Translations under genes and position numbers: made by a program
NCBI GenBank assembly: GCA_052246995.1
Contig: JBQPWD010000005.1
Span: 32,001-96,000 of the forward strand
DNA length: 64,000 nt
Origin: Candidatus Bathyarchaeota archaeon
GTDB taxonomy: Archaea; Thermoproteota; Bathyarchaeia; Hecatellales; Hecatellaceae
Direction of reading: 5' to 3'
Part shown: positions 8,836-17,231 of the stretch, piece after piece
Position numbering within the stretch: position 1 is the stretch's first letter
Layout: each line of letters opens with the position of its first letter
Notes under the pieces: model-generated
What the model was told of the DNA's origin: nothing
Seen by the model: the letters and a program-made list of their open reading frames with translations, nothing else
The model's database searches: none

Positions 8836-9458
8836 ACCATCACTATGGAAACATGTTTTTCAAAAAATTGCTCTAACTCTTTAACCCTGGTTTTCAACTC
8901 TTCATACAACTTGGACATATAGCCTTGTGAAAGGTCAACCCTGTAATTTTCGTTAAAGCTGCGGACAATTAAAACTTCCAAGGCCACCCGTTTAGTTGCA
9001 TACTCTTCCAAAATTTTTTGTTCAAAATTAAAACCATAGGTGTATGTTACCCTGATTCTAGCCCTACCTCTTGGAGGAATATTATCATAGAAATATAAAC
9101 CTATGCCTAAAAGCTTTCCAGCAAAGTTTTTCTTGACAACTATAAAACTTGAACCTTCCCCTGGCCCCTCAACCAGTTCCTGCCAATCTGGTTTTTGACT
9201 TGGATCTGCAAAGTTAACTTCTACCCTAGAAACCTGGATTATGGGTAGAAAGTTAGGCTGGATAAAAGCCTCACCATCACTACCTACAAGCTCGTTTTCA
9301 GAGGTGTATACGCCTAAAAGCCTGGTATCCATGTCTTTATCTACACGTTCAATAATGTCTAAAAGCTGCCCACTTGTAGGTACGCTATCCTCGCCAATAT
9401 CAATTTGAAGTAAAGCCTCAATTTTCATTTCATTCGTGTATTTAGGCTGGTAACTCAT
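8832..9458 (-). CDS. Head-tail adaptor (gp6/gp15-like)
   Basis: Downstream of MCP; YT...I.ALL, PII.V..V, IRVTYTYG motifs. Confidence 0.75.
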   Translation of the reverse strand: MSYQPKYTNEMKIEALLQIDIGEDSVPTSGQLLDIIERVDKDMDTRLLGVYTSENELVGSDGEAFIQPNFLPIIQVSRVEVNFADPSQKPDWQELVEGPGEGSSFIVVKKNFAGKLLGIGLYFYDNIPPRGRARIRVTYTYGFNFEQKILEEYATKRVALEVLIVRSFNENYRVDLSQGYMSKLYEELKTRVKELEQFFEKHVSIVMV

Positions 9459-9535
9459 AAAACAACGCTTTCAAAAATTGTTTTTAAAAAAAAGTTTTGA
9501 AAAAGAATTTTAAAATTCTAAAAATTTGTTGGTTT

Positions 9536-9796
9536 TTATTGTGGTGTGCAAACAGCAAAAACATATAGTTGTGTGCCGTTTGTTGCTGTAACTTTAATTG
9601 TTACAGTTTTCCCGCTTATTGAAGCCAAAGGTACACTTGAACCTCCTCCGTCTGTTGTTCCCACAATTTGAACCCATGCACGTTCAACAGGATGGTCAAA
9701 GGTTGCTGTGGCTTGGTTGCTGGATACTGATACAGTTTTCCAGTCTAAAATTTTACCCCGTAGGCTTCCAGGATGGTCTGTAGGTGTAATAGGCAT
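9536..9796 (-). CDS. Putative head decoration/minor capsid protein
   Basis: 86-aa Thr/Ser-rich beta protein immediately after MCP. Confidence 0.5.
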   Translation of the reverse strand: MPITPTDHPGSLRGKILDWKTVSVSSNQATATFDHPVERAWVQIVGTTDGGGSSVPLASISGKTVTIKVTATNGTQLYVFAVCTPQ

Positions 9797-9818
9797 TGGT
9801 CAACCACCTCTATCTAGT

Positions 9819-10859
9819 TTATGTTGCAGATTCAGGGGTTTGTATTACAATGTTTGCAGCTGGATCTACAACGGCTACTCCAAAACTGTAGCTTGCGGTT
9901 ATTCTAACTTTCAACTCTTTAACAAGCCTTTGAGTTTCAAAAAGCATTTCCCGTTTAGGTGCGAAAACTACAGCCCTTCTGTTAATCATAACAGCTGACT
10001 TTTTGCTGTTTGATGTGTGGCTTGGTAGTAGGTCTTTAGGTAGTACAAGTATTTTAACACCCATAAACTCTTGAACTAAGCCATCTCTTACAATGTCAGG
10101 CCTGGCAAACACAAGTGCTTGTGAACTTGCTACATCTTTATACAATGCTAAATACTGGTTGGGAGTTAAAACAAGAACGTAGTCCTGGGGCCTAATGTCG
10201 TTGCCTGTTGTATTCATGGCTTCAGCAATCCAGTCAACGTCAAAATTGACGCTTTCACTACCCTTTGAAAGGCTTGATACACCTGAAGCACTGTTGACGG
10301 CTGAAACTATTGCAGCATCTACAGCCCTGATAATACCTACTCTGAAAGCGTTTTCAATTTCAGCAAGTAAATCTTCGCTTAGCTTTTCAACATCTGAATA
10401 GGGTATATCTGAATAGGCTCCCCGTGTGTCAAGTGTTGTTGTTGCAACCCCGTAAAGGTTTCCAGTTTGAATTGCCTGCAGTTCTCCAGTTGAAAGGGTT
10501 AAACCTGTAACATCTTTAACGTATGGTATGCTTACAACATCACCCATCTGGCCTTGCATAGCCCTTGAAACTGTAACATAGTTTATCAAGCTTGCAACTG
10601 GGGCTTGTGGTATACTTAAAGGAGCCTCCCATTGTTCTCGTATGCTTCCAGCCCTCAAAGATTCAACAATTTTAGCCAGTCTTGACTTTTCCTGATTTTC
10701 AATTATACCTTTACCTTTAGGTTCGTCATGTTTAACCAGTTTCTCCCTTATTTCAGCTATCTCTTTGGTTAACTGGTCAAGCCTAGCCTGTAAAGGTGAA
10801 AAGTCTATAACTATTTCCTCCTCCCTCTTCTCCTGACTCATATTTTTCACGTATAACAT
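9819..10859 (-). CDS. Major capsid protein (HK97 fold) with N-terminal coiled-coil scaffold/delta-like segment
   Basis: Position after protease; G.VVSIP, VLTPNQY..L, G.V..FMGV.I, FGVAVVDP. Confidence 0.85.
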   Translation of the reverse strand: MLYVKNMSQEKREEEIVIDFSPLQARLDQLTKEIAEIREKLVKHDEPKGKGIIENQEKSRLAKIVESLRAGSIREQWEAPLSIPQAPVASLINYVTVSRAMQGQMGDVVSIPYVKDVTGLTLSTGELQAIQTGNLYGVATTTLDTRGAYSDIPYSDVEKLSEDLLAEIENAFRVGIIRAVDAAIVSAVNSASGVSSLSKGSESVNFDVDWIAEAMNTTGNDIRPQDYVLVLTPNQYLALYKDVASSQALVFARPDIVRDGLVQEFMGVKILVLPKDLLPSHTSNSKKSAVMINRRAVVFAPKREMLFETQRLVKELKVRITASYSFGVAVVDPAANIVIQTPESAT

Positions 10860-11015
10860 GGCTTACCCTTCCACTTTCACCTTAAACCCTACCCTGGAAA
10901 GGCTAACATGGTGAGGGGTGAAGGGCAGCCCTATTTAACCCTCAACACAGCCTAACCAACATTAAAAAATTCCAGGTTTGTTTGTTGGCTAGGTCTGTCA
11001 TCATCGGGTTAGCTT
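10860..11015 (-). ncRNA. Predicted structured RNA (K-turn hairpin plus second multistem hairpin with complementary loops) in protease-MCP intergenic region
   Basis: UAACCC-GAUGAUGA...UUGA-GGGUUA closing an 11-bp stem; loops CCUGGAA and UUCCAGG are complementary; G-U pairs favour the minus strand. Confidence 0.65.
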
Positions 11016-11027
11016 TAAAAATTAAAG

Positions 11028-12044
11028 TTAGGTTTTAATTCGGATTTTTCTTGTTTTTGGTAAAAGGCTTTCCAAGATTGTGTTAACCTTTACGCTTAAC
11101 CTTTCAACCTCGTCAACCAGCTTCTCCATCCTCTCATTTAAATCCTCAAGCTTAAAGACAATAGTAGCTGATTCAAATGTGGGAGGTTCACGTTCAAACT
11201 CTCTGTAATGCTGAGCTAAATGATTATACACGCCTTTTCTATCTTCGTCTGGAATGTCTACTCCTCCCCTTGCCCCGAAAAGTGCAGCCATAGCCGCAGC
11301 CACACCTCTCCAAACCACGCTAAACCTTCCACCGACAAACTTGTGGTGAGGTAGTTTATATCCTGCTTTGACATCAGCTTTTTCAGGATCGTACCATACA
11401 TGGGCTTCACGATATAATTCCCACCCTCCCTTGTCCAGGATAAAATTTCCATCGTCAGCGGTGAAACTCCATTCTGTGTCTTCTGGTGCTTTATCATAGT
11501 TTCTTGTATGTTTTACAACTTTTTCTTTAACCTGGTTTTCCAGTTTTTTATCCACCTCCTTACCAGTTTTATAAGTGTTAACTTTTTCAAACAGTTTCTC
11601 CAAAACCTGGATGTTTGTTTCTGGAACACCTGGTACGGCTACAAGGCTAAGCTCTTTAAACCCAAGGCCTCTTGGAATTCTCCCGTTAACTGGTTCTATG
11701 AGTTCATAGTTGGCTGCAATTGAAACATGCTGGATAAGACCAGTCTTAATCTTGTTTGCTACCTCATCATCGTAAATTTCAGCCTCATACATGATAGCCT
11801 TCTCCTTGTCATCCCACCAGGCGTTTACAACTTTCCCTACCGCCTTGTCCGCTGAAACATGCTCTATGTAAACTGGTTGCCCTACCAGGCTTTGAACAGC
11901 CTTTTTCAACTCTTCTTCGATGTATACGTTATAGTTTCTTGAAACTCCAGCCTTTACAGCTATTCCCCTAATCCTAAGAACTGGTTGGATTTGGGTTTTC
12001 TCTAAGGTTTCAAGCCAAACAAAACTATCCATTTTCAACTTCAC
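11028..12044 (-). CDS. Prohead maturation protease with C-terminal accessory domain
   Basis: I.G.A...G.SRN...Y..EEL, EH, HVSI, ELSLVAVPG; C-terminal YKLPHH...VWRGVAAAM..L.GARGGVDIP. Confidence 0.88.
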   Translation of the reverse strand: MKLKMDSFVWLETLEKTQIQPVLRIRGIAVKAGVSRNYNVYIEEELKKAVQSLVGQPVYIEHVSADKAVGKVVNAWWDDKEKAIMYEAEIYDDEVANKIKTGLIQHVSIAANYELIEPVNGRIPRGLGFKELSLVAVPGVPETNIQVLEKLFEKVNTYKTGKEVDKKLENQVKEKVVKHTRNYDKAPEDTEWSFTADDGNFILDKGGWELYREAHVWYDPEKADVKAGYKLPHHKFVGGRFSVVWRGVAAAMAALFGARGGVDIPDEDRKGVYNHLAQHYREFEREPPTFESATIVFKLEDLNERMEKLVDEVERLSVKVNTILESLLPKTRKIRIKT

Positions 12045-13476
12045 CCTCCAAACATTTTAAAAACTCGTAAACTAGGGGAAAGTTTTCCCTATACCAAGCC
12101 TTAGCCAAGTCTAACGTCCAGTTGTATACGCTTTTGTCAAATATGATTTGTATAACCCTTCTTCCTAACCCTGTAATCCATGCTGTTTGCATAGATACAC
12201 CTTTATCCGAGTCTAAAGGCTGGTAACGTATGGTTGAAGTGTCAACCTGGTCTGGATCCTGTAGTTGAAGTATAACCTGGTTTGTCAAGTTATACCATCT
12301 TGGCGTCCAAACCTGGAATTGTTCTTCTAAACCTTCCTTGGGAATTTCTGGTTCGGGGACAGGTATACCCATCATCTGCAACATCTTTATGACTTGTAAA
12401 CGGCTAAGAATTCCAACATCCGCTTTAGCCAAGTTTACCAGGTCGGAAATTTTCAAATCTTCTATGCCGCTTCTAGGATAACCCCAATTCAGTTTTACGT
12501 GGACATCATTTAAATCACAAGCCTTCAGAAGAGGTTTCCAGATTTCACCCTCCACTTTCCTTTTAATATAACGTTGTAAAGCCTTCACGTCACGGTCTAC
12601 ACATTCAAGCATAACTTTAGCCGAGGCTTCAGTTGCATTGCGTAGATAGGACAGTAGTGGACCTCTCATCCCCTCAAAAATTTTTCTTTCCACAGCCTCC
12701 AGGAGTTCGCCAAACCTTACACGGCTATCAACCTGGATTACGTTTGTTTCTATTTCTCCTGTAGCCAGAATTGGATCTCCAGGTTTCCTTTTCTTTAAAA
12801 CTTCCATGAAATAGTCAACATCAGCCTTATTCTTAAATGTGAAAACAGGGATTGGGTAGGCTGTTTTATAGACAACTTCAACCATGTTTTCCATGTTTTT
12901 TATGTCAAAATCAAGGAAACGGGCGACAGGTTCAACTATTCCAACCCCATACCCCGACATTTCTACATCATTCCATTTAAAATGAACTATCTCCTCAGGA
13001 TTAAACTCAACTCTAGCTCCTGTAGCCTCCTCCACGTAGCCTTGAATCTCGCCAAACCTATCCCTAACAATTTTCATTTTGGCTGTTGGTAGTCTTTTAA
13101 CCCTGGTAAGCCTACCATTCTCATTAAAAATTTTCTCCAGAAAACTGTTTCCAGTTATAAGCATATCTTTCACTATTTCCAGTAAAAGCTCATCCATGTT
13201 GACTTTAGCGTTAAACTCGTCAACAATTTCTTTAGCCCTGGTTTGCCTGGAATCCTCACCATTATCTACAGTAGTGTAAAACCCTGGTCCTGCAACCATC
13301 CCCGCCAAACTATCCACACTTGATTTTACCAAGGGATGGGTTTTATAATAGCCATAAAGCTGACTGTAGCTTACAGGTTGAGGTTTTCCCCATGTAGACC
13401 AAAACTCAAAATAAGGTTCTACAACACCTTTCTGTTCACGTATAAACAGTTTCCTAAGTCTTTCAAAAACACCCAA
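12025..13476 (-). CDS. Portal protein with C-terminal extension
   Basis: DML.TGNSFLEK, F.PEEIVHFK.....YG.GI.E motifs; follows TerL. Confidence 0.9.
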   Translation of the reverse strand: MGVFERLRKLFIREQKGVVEPYFEFWSTWGKPQPVSYSQLYGYYKTHPLVKSSVDSLAGMVAGPGFYTTVDNGEDSRQTRAKEIVDEFNAKVNMDELLLEIVKDMLITGNSFLEKIFNENGRLTRVKRLPTAKMKIVRDRFGEIQGYVEEATGARVEFNPEEIVHFKWNDVEMSGYGVGIVEPVARFLDFDIKNMENMVEVVYKTAYPIPVFTFKNKADVDYFMEVLKKRKPGDPILATGEIETNVIQVDSRVRFGELLEAVERKIFEGMRGPLLSYLRNATEASAKVMLECVDRDVKALQRYIKRKVEGEIWKPLLKACDLNDVHVKLNWGYPRSGIEDLKISDLVNLAKADVGILSRLQVIKMLQMMGIPVPEPEIPKEGLEEQFQVWTPRWYNLTNQVILQLQDPDQVDTSTIRYQPLDSDKGVSMQTAWITGLGRRVIQIIFDKSVYNWTLDLAKAWYRENFPLVYEFLKCLEGEVENG

Positions 13477-13616
13477 AAAAACACCTCTAAATTAAAATAG
13501 AAAACAGGAAAAAGCTGGTTTTGAAAAGTTAAACTTAAAAAAAGTTTAAGCTTGTAGCTTTATAGGTGAAAAAAAGTTTTTTGTTTTAAGGTTTCAGCTG
13601 GGAGGGTTGTGTTGGC

Positions 13617-13688
13617 TTATTTTGCACACTTACTTTTCTCTTCTTTTTTCTTCTCTTCTTTTTTCTTCACTTCTTTTTTCTTAGCCAT
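13617..13688 (-). CDS. 23-aa Lys/Glu-rich micropeptide; not in ORF track
   Basis: AGGAG SD, ATG 13688: MAKKKEVKKKEEKKKEEKSKCAK*; 15-nt tandem units; upstream AAAAACTTTTAAATA BRE/TATA-like. Confidence 0.55.
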   Translation of the reverse strand: MAKKKEVKKKEEKKKEEKSKCAK

Positions 13689-13742
13689 GGTCTCCTTCAT
13701 TTAAAAATATAGAGATAGTTATTTAAAAGTTTTTACTACTTT

Positions 13743-15038
13743 TCACCATTTCCATTGTTCAGCAGTTGTAACTTCAAGCTTTTCTTCCCTAGTTGCATAA
13801 ATGGCTAAGGCTAGACTCCATACACGGTCGTCATGGCTACCCTCAGGATGGTAAAACTTTATACTTCCATCTTTGGCTAATTCAAATTTTTCATTGTTCA
13901 ATTCGGCTAGAAGTTCAGCATCATAAGGAATTTTCAGGTTTTTATTTTGCATTTGTTGTTTTAAAAACCCTAAAATTTCCTGTTTACGGGGCATGGTTAA
14001 AATTACCCCCTGGACACCTGGAATCCCGCTGTTTCTCATATCTTCCAAGATGTACTCTCCAACACCTGTCTGGTCGATTAAAACCTGGTAAACAGTTTTA
14101 TAACGGTCTGTAAGAGTTTTAACATAACCTATAACACTAGCATAAGGAGTTTCCAAGGGAAACCTGTACATGTGAACCAGTTTAAACCCATCCTCCTGCC
14201 TATCTACCACGCTTACAACTGAATAGTCAACCTTTTTACCCAGGTCAACACCTATGTAAAAGTTTCCTTGAACATGGTCTTCAAAGTCATAATATTCCAG
14301 TTCTGCGTCTATACATTGGGTTATCAAACTTCTAGGCAAATAGCTATCACTATCCTCTGTAAACCTGGCTTCAAACTCCCTTTCAAAACGTTCCAAGGGG
14401 AGAACCCTTCGCATCTCCTCAATAAATTCTTTCTTTATCAGGCCTGCTTTAACCACATCCCTCCAGGTTACAACATGCTTGGAAAAACCTGGATCCTGAA
14501 ACATTTTGTAAAAAACGCTATCTATGGACCAGGGTGTACTGGAAACTATTAAGTAGCCGTCGGTTGTTGAAAGCATAGGGTAAAGCACATTGTAAAACAC
14601 TACTTCATCCTCACGGAAAAATGCAGCCTCATCAGCTATAACCATGTGGGCAGTATAACCTCTTAAAAGGTTTGGACTGTTAGGCAAGGCAACAATTTGC
14701 GAGTCGTTTTTAAACCTTACAACTGTCCGCTGCATTTTAGCTATCATATGTTTTTGAAGCTGTCTGGGTATTCGATGTAGGAAGACTTGCAGCCTATCCA
14801 TCATAATCATGCTTTGCCTTAGGCTGGGTGAAACGATTAGGGTTAAAGTTTTAGGATGGGTTACCACAAACCATATCGCCTTGACGGCTAGTGTAGATGT
14901 TTTCCCCGCCTGCCTCGACATTATGACACATATACGTTTACTTTTATCGTTTAAAAGCTTCTCCTGGTAAAATGTCGGCTTAAAACCAAGAAGCTTCTCA
15001 GCAAAAAGCGAGGGGTTTTGACGTAAAACCTCAACCAT
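13743..15038 (-). CDS. terL: Terminase large subunit
   Basis: SRQAGKT Walker A, IADEAAF Walker B, SSTP, GVDLG nuclease, HDDRV.SLAL. Confidence 0.95.
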   Translation of the reverse strand: MVEVLRQNPSLFAEKLLGFKPTFYQEKLLNDKSKRICVIMSRQAGKTSTLAVKAIWFVVTHPKTLTLIVSPSLRQSMIMMDRLQVFLHRIPRQLQKHMIAKMQRTVVRFKNDSQIVALPNSPNLLRGYTAHMVIADEAAFFREDEVVFYNVLYPMLSTTDGYLIVSSTPWSIDSVFYKMFQDPGFSKHVVTWRDVVKAGLIKKEFIEEMRRVLPLERFEREFEARFTEDSDSYLPRSLITQCIDAELEYYDFEDHVQGNFYIGVDLGKKVDYSVVSVVDRQEDGFKLVHMYRFPLETPYASVIGYVKTLTDRYKTVYQVLIDQTGVGEYILEDMRNSGIPGVQGVILTMPRKQEILGFLKQQMQNKNLKIPYDAELLAELNNEKFELAKDGSIKFYHPEGSHDDRVWSLALAIYATREEKLEVTTAEQWKW

Positions 15039-15045
15039 ACGGTTT

Positions 15046-15393
15046 TTAACCCTTTCTACCTATCTCAGCCAGTTCTTCTTTTGCTCTAGTATATTTGTTG
15101 CAAGATTTGTAGAGACCAAAGCAGATTAGAATGTCGGGGTAGGAGATTGGTTGAGGACGTTTTTCGGCTTCACATCTACCGTTTATAAAAAAGAGACAGC
15201 CATCCTGTTCTTTTAACGTTGAAAAATGTTGTATACAAAAGCTTGAAAGTAGGGTTGCAGCCTGCTCGTTATAGTCTAGTTTTAGCTTTTTACAAACATT
15301 TTTGAAAACAATTGTAATATAGTTTGGAATGGAAAAACTACAATTAACCTTCTTTTTTAAATCTTCAACCCTTTTTCTACCCATAAAAACCAC
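15046..15393 (-). CDS. Putative ribbon-helix-helix DNA-binding protein with Cys-rich C-terminus
   Basis: KKVNCSFSIPNYI...FK.VCKK....N.....LL RHH-like pattern; four C-terminal Cys; likely start ATG 15384. Confidence 0.5.
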   Translation of the reverse strand: MVFMGRKRVEDLKKKVNCSFSIPNYITIVFKNVCKKLKLDYNEQAATLLSSFCIQHFSTLKEQDGCLFFINGRCEAEKRPQPISYPDILICFGLYKSCNKYTRAKEELAEIGRKG

Positions 15394-15421
15394 TTGCTTT
15401 TTAACTTGGTCAGCTTAGATG

Positions 15422-15739
15422 GCTAAAGTAGTATTTTTGTAAGAATTTTGGTGAAAAACCGGAAATTTTTGTATACAAAAATATTTTTAGATTTTTTTAT
15501 TATATACAACCTCTAATTGAATTTTTTTATTTATCTTATTCTATTCTCTAAGGTTAACCAATTCTACACTTTATTCTCCATTTTTTTAATTTTTAGTTTA
15601 TTTTTGGTTTAAAACCTAGAATTTTCACCTTCTTTAAGTTGTCCAAGTTTTCTTTTTTTGTTTTAAGCTTCGAAAATATTTTTGTATACAAAAATATTGA
15701 GTTTTTGAGTGATATTCTTACAAAAAATGTTACTTTAGC
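15422..15739. repeat. Large imperfect inverted repeat (66-bp arms) around ~185-bp AT-rich core
   Basis: Arms 15422-15487 and 15673-15739: GCTAAAGTA..ATTTTTGTAAGAAT, an 18-nt spacer, then identical ATTTTTGTATACAAAAATATTTT. Confidence 0.9.
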
Positions 15740-15776
15740 GATTTTTCTGGTGGTTTTGACGTAGCTTTTTCAACCA

Positions 15777-16187
15777 TCACATTCCCATAAGCTCTTTTAC
15801 CATGTTGTCAACCATGTCAACAACTTTTTGCTGCTGTTTTAGGCTTAGCCTTTCCTTTCTTGTTAAAGCTAAACCTTCAATCCAGTCTAAAATTATTCTG
15901 CAAAGTTTTTCATAACTTCCAACATAGCTGGAAAGTTTACCATGTTTAAGCTCCTTAACTGGTTTGTTTAACTCGTCAAAAATCAGTTTACGTAGTTTTT
16001 GAAGTAAAACCAGGTTTTTAGCTGTTTCATCAACCATTAAAACGTCTACTTCAGCTTCAACACCAAGATTTTTCAATGTTTCCATGATTTTACTTTTAAC
16101 TTTTTCAACATCCTCGTCAGCTATTTTCCTCCAACCAGGGGGGAGAATGTTTACAATTTTACATCTAACCTGTTTTTCCAGTTTCAC
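15777..16187 (-). CDS. Probable terminase small subunit (P27-like)
   Basis: C-terminal EGLALTRKERLSL resembles the LGLTP..R..L motif; upstream of terL. Confidence 0.55.
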   Translation of the reverse strand: MKLEKQVRCKIVNILPPGWRKIADEDVEKVKSKIMETLKNLGVEAEVDVLMVDETAKNLVLLQKLRKLIFDELNKPVKELKHGKLSSYVGSYEKLCRIILDWIEGLALTRKERLSLKQQQKVVDMVDNMVKELMGM

Positions 16188-16503
16188 CTTTTAAACCCTC
16201 CAAAAGTTTGCCAATAAAATCCATGGTTGGAACTTTAGCTGGTATTAGGCATAATATTCCCCTGGACGTTTCAACATAGGCAAAATTTACATCTTCAAAA
16301 AACCTGTGAAACTCTTTGGGAATGTAAATTCTCATGCGTTTTTTATCCTTGTTGATTTTTAAAAATTTACCCAATGCCCTATTTACCCTTTTACCCTCAT
16401 ACCCTCCAGACTTTTGAATTTTAAATTGTTTTCCAGTATTTTGGATTTTTAGTTTCCACCAGTTTTTTAACTTCGCTTGCCAGGTTGAGGCTGCAAGTTT
16501 CAC
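16165..16503 (-). CDS. AbrB/SpoVT-like small DNA-binding protein (true start probably ~16374)
   Basis: KRMRIYIPKEF...ILCLIP pattern. Confidence 0.5.
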   Translation of the reverse strand: MKLAASTWQAKLKNWWKLKIQNTGKQFKIQKSGGYEGKRVNRALGKFLKINKDKKRMRIYIPKEFHRFFEDVNFAYVETSRGILCLIPAKVPTMDFIGKLLEGLKGETGKTG

Positions 16504-16630
16504 ATAAAATCATTGTTGGCCTTTCTCTTTTAGTGAAAATTGAGAAAATCAAACATTCAGTATTGTAAAATGTTTTTTCACAGCTTCCACATCTAAACGC
16601 TTTAAAGGTTTCTTTAGCGATTTTAAGCAT
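16421..16630 (-). CDS. Zn-finger viral protein
   Basis: CGSC...LCETC. Confidence 0.6.
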   Translation of the reverse strand: MLKIAKETFKAFRCGSCEKTFYNTECLIFSIFTKRERPTMILCETCSLNLASEVKKLVETKNPKYWKTI

Positions 16631-16642
16631 TTAAATCCCTCT

Positions 16643-16873
16643 TCACGTCTTACTCCTGGTAACCATGCCTGTTAAATGTCCTATAAGGGCCATGGTTAGG
16701 CTGAGGATGGTTGGTTCAAACTCTCCATGCTGTATATAATACAGTATATTTAATATTAGGAGAGCTGTTAGGCAAACCAAGTTTGTTATAAAAATACCCT
16801 CAGCTTTTGAAGACTCCTCCCTACTTGTTTTTCTAAACTCTAAAAGCTTATCCAGGCCTAACATGGTAAACAT
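16643..16873 (-). CDS. Small two-TM membrane protein (holin-like topology)
   Basis: Two hydrophobic helices, basic C-terminus. Confidence 0.5.
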   Translation of the reverse strand: MFTMLGLDKLLEFRKTSREESSKAEGIFITNLVCLTALLILNILYYIQHGEFEPTILSLTMALIGHLTGMVTRSKT

Positions 16874-17228
16874 CCCTAGCCTTAAGCAGAAAACCCTCTA
16901 AAGGCAGCTCGGAAACTAGGCTTTTAAACGTGAAATCTTTTTCATAACTCATTTTTTCAAAGTTGTTTTCAACAACCTTCACCTTTTTAATACTTTTAAT
17001 ACAGCCTAAAGGTATGGCAACTTTGAAGTGCTCCGCCAAACCCCTTTCACTTGTTATAATCAATTTGCCTTTAACAACGTCAACAACAAAACCAACATCA
17101 ACAATCTCGGCGAAAGGATCCTCCTTAAAGGCTTTAGCATCCTCCCAGATAATCATGACGAAGTCTCCTTTCCTCAGTCTTCTAACTTTTTTCAAAATTT
17201 CCTCAAAATCTTCAAGCTTTTCAGCCAT
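16848..17228 (-). CDS. Conserved viral small beta-barrel protein
   Basis: V.I.WEDA...VGFV...IPLGCI.SI motif seen in many phage hypotheticals. Confidence 0.6.
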   Translation of the reverse strand: MAEKLEDFEEILKKVRRLRKGDFVMIIWEDAKAFKEDPFAEIVDVGFVVDVVKGKLIITSERGLAEHFKVAIPLGCIKSIKKVKVVENNFEKMSYEKDFTFKSLVSELPLEGFLLKARDVYHVRPG

Positions 17229-17231
17229 GAA

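Noticed and set aside
9460-9535. AT-rich inverted repeats after the decoration gene
   Set aside because: Low complexity; most simply a terminator/attenuator after the capsid genes
10860-11027. Stop-codon readthrough fusing protease to MCP (gap is 168 nt, in frame)
   Set aside because: A second in-frame TAA follows two codons after the protease stop
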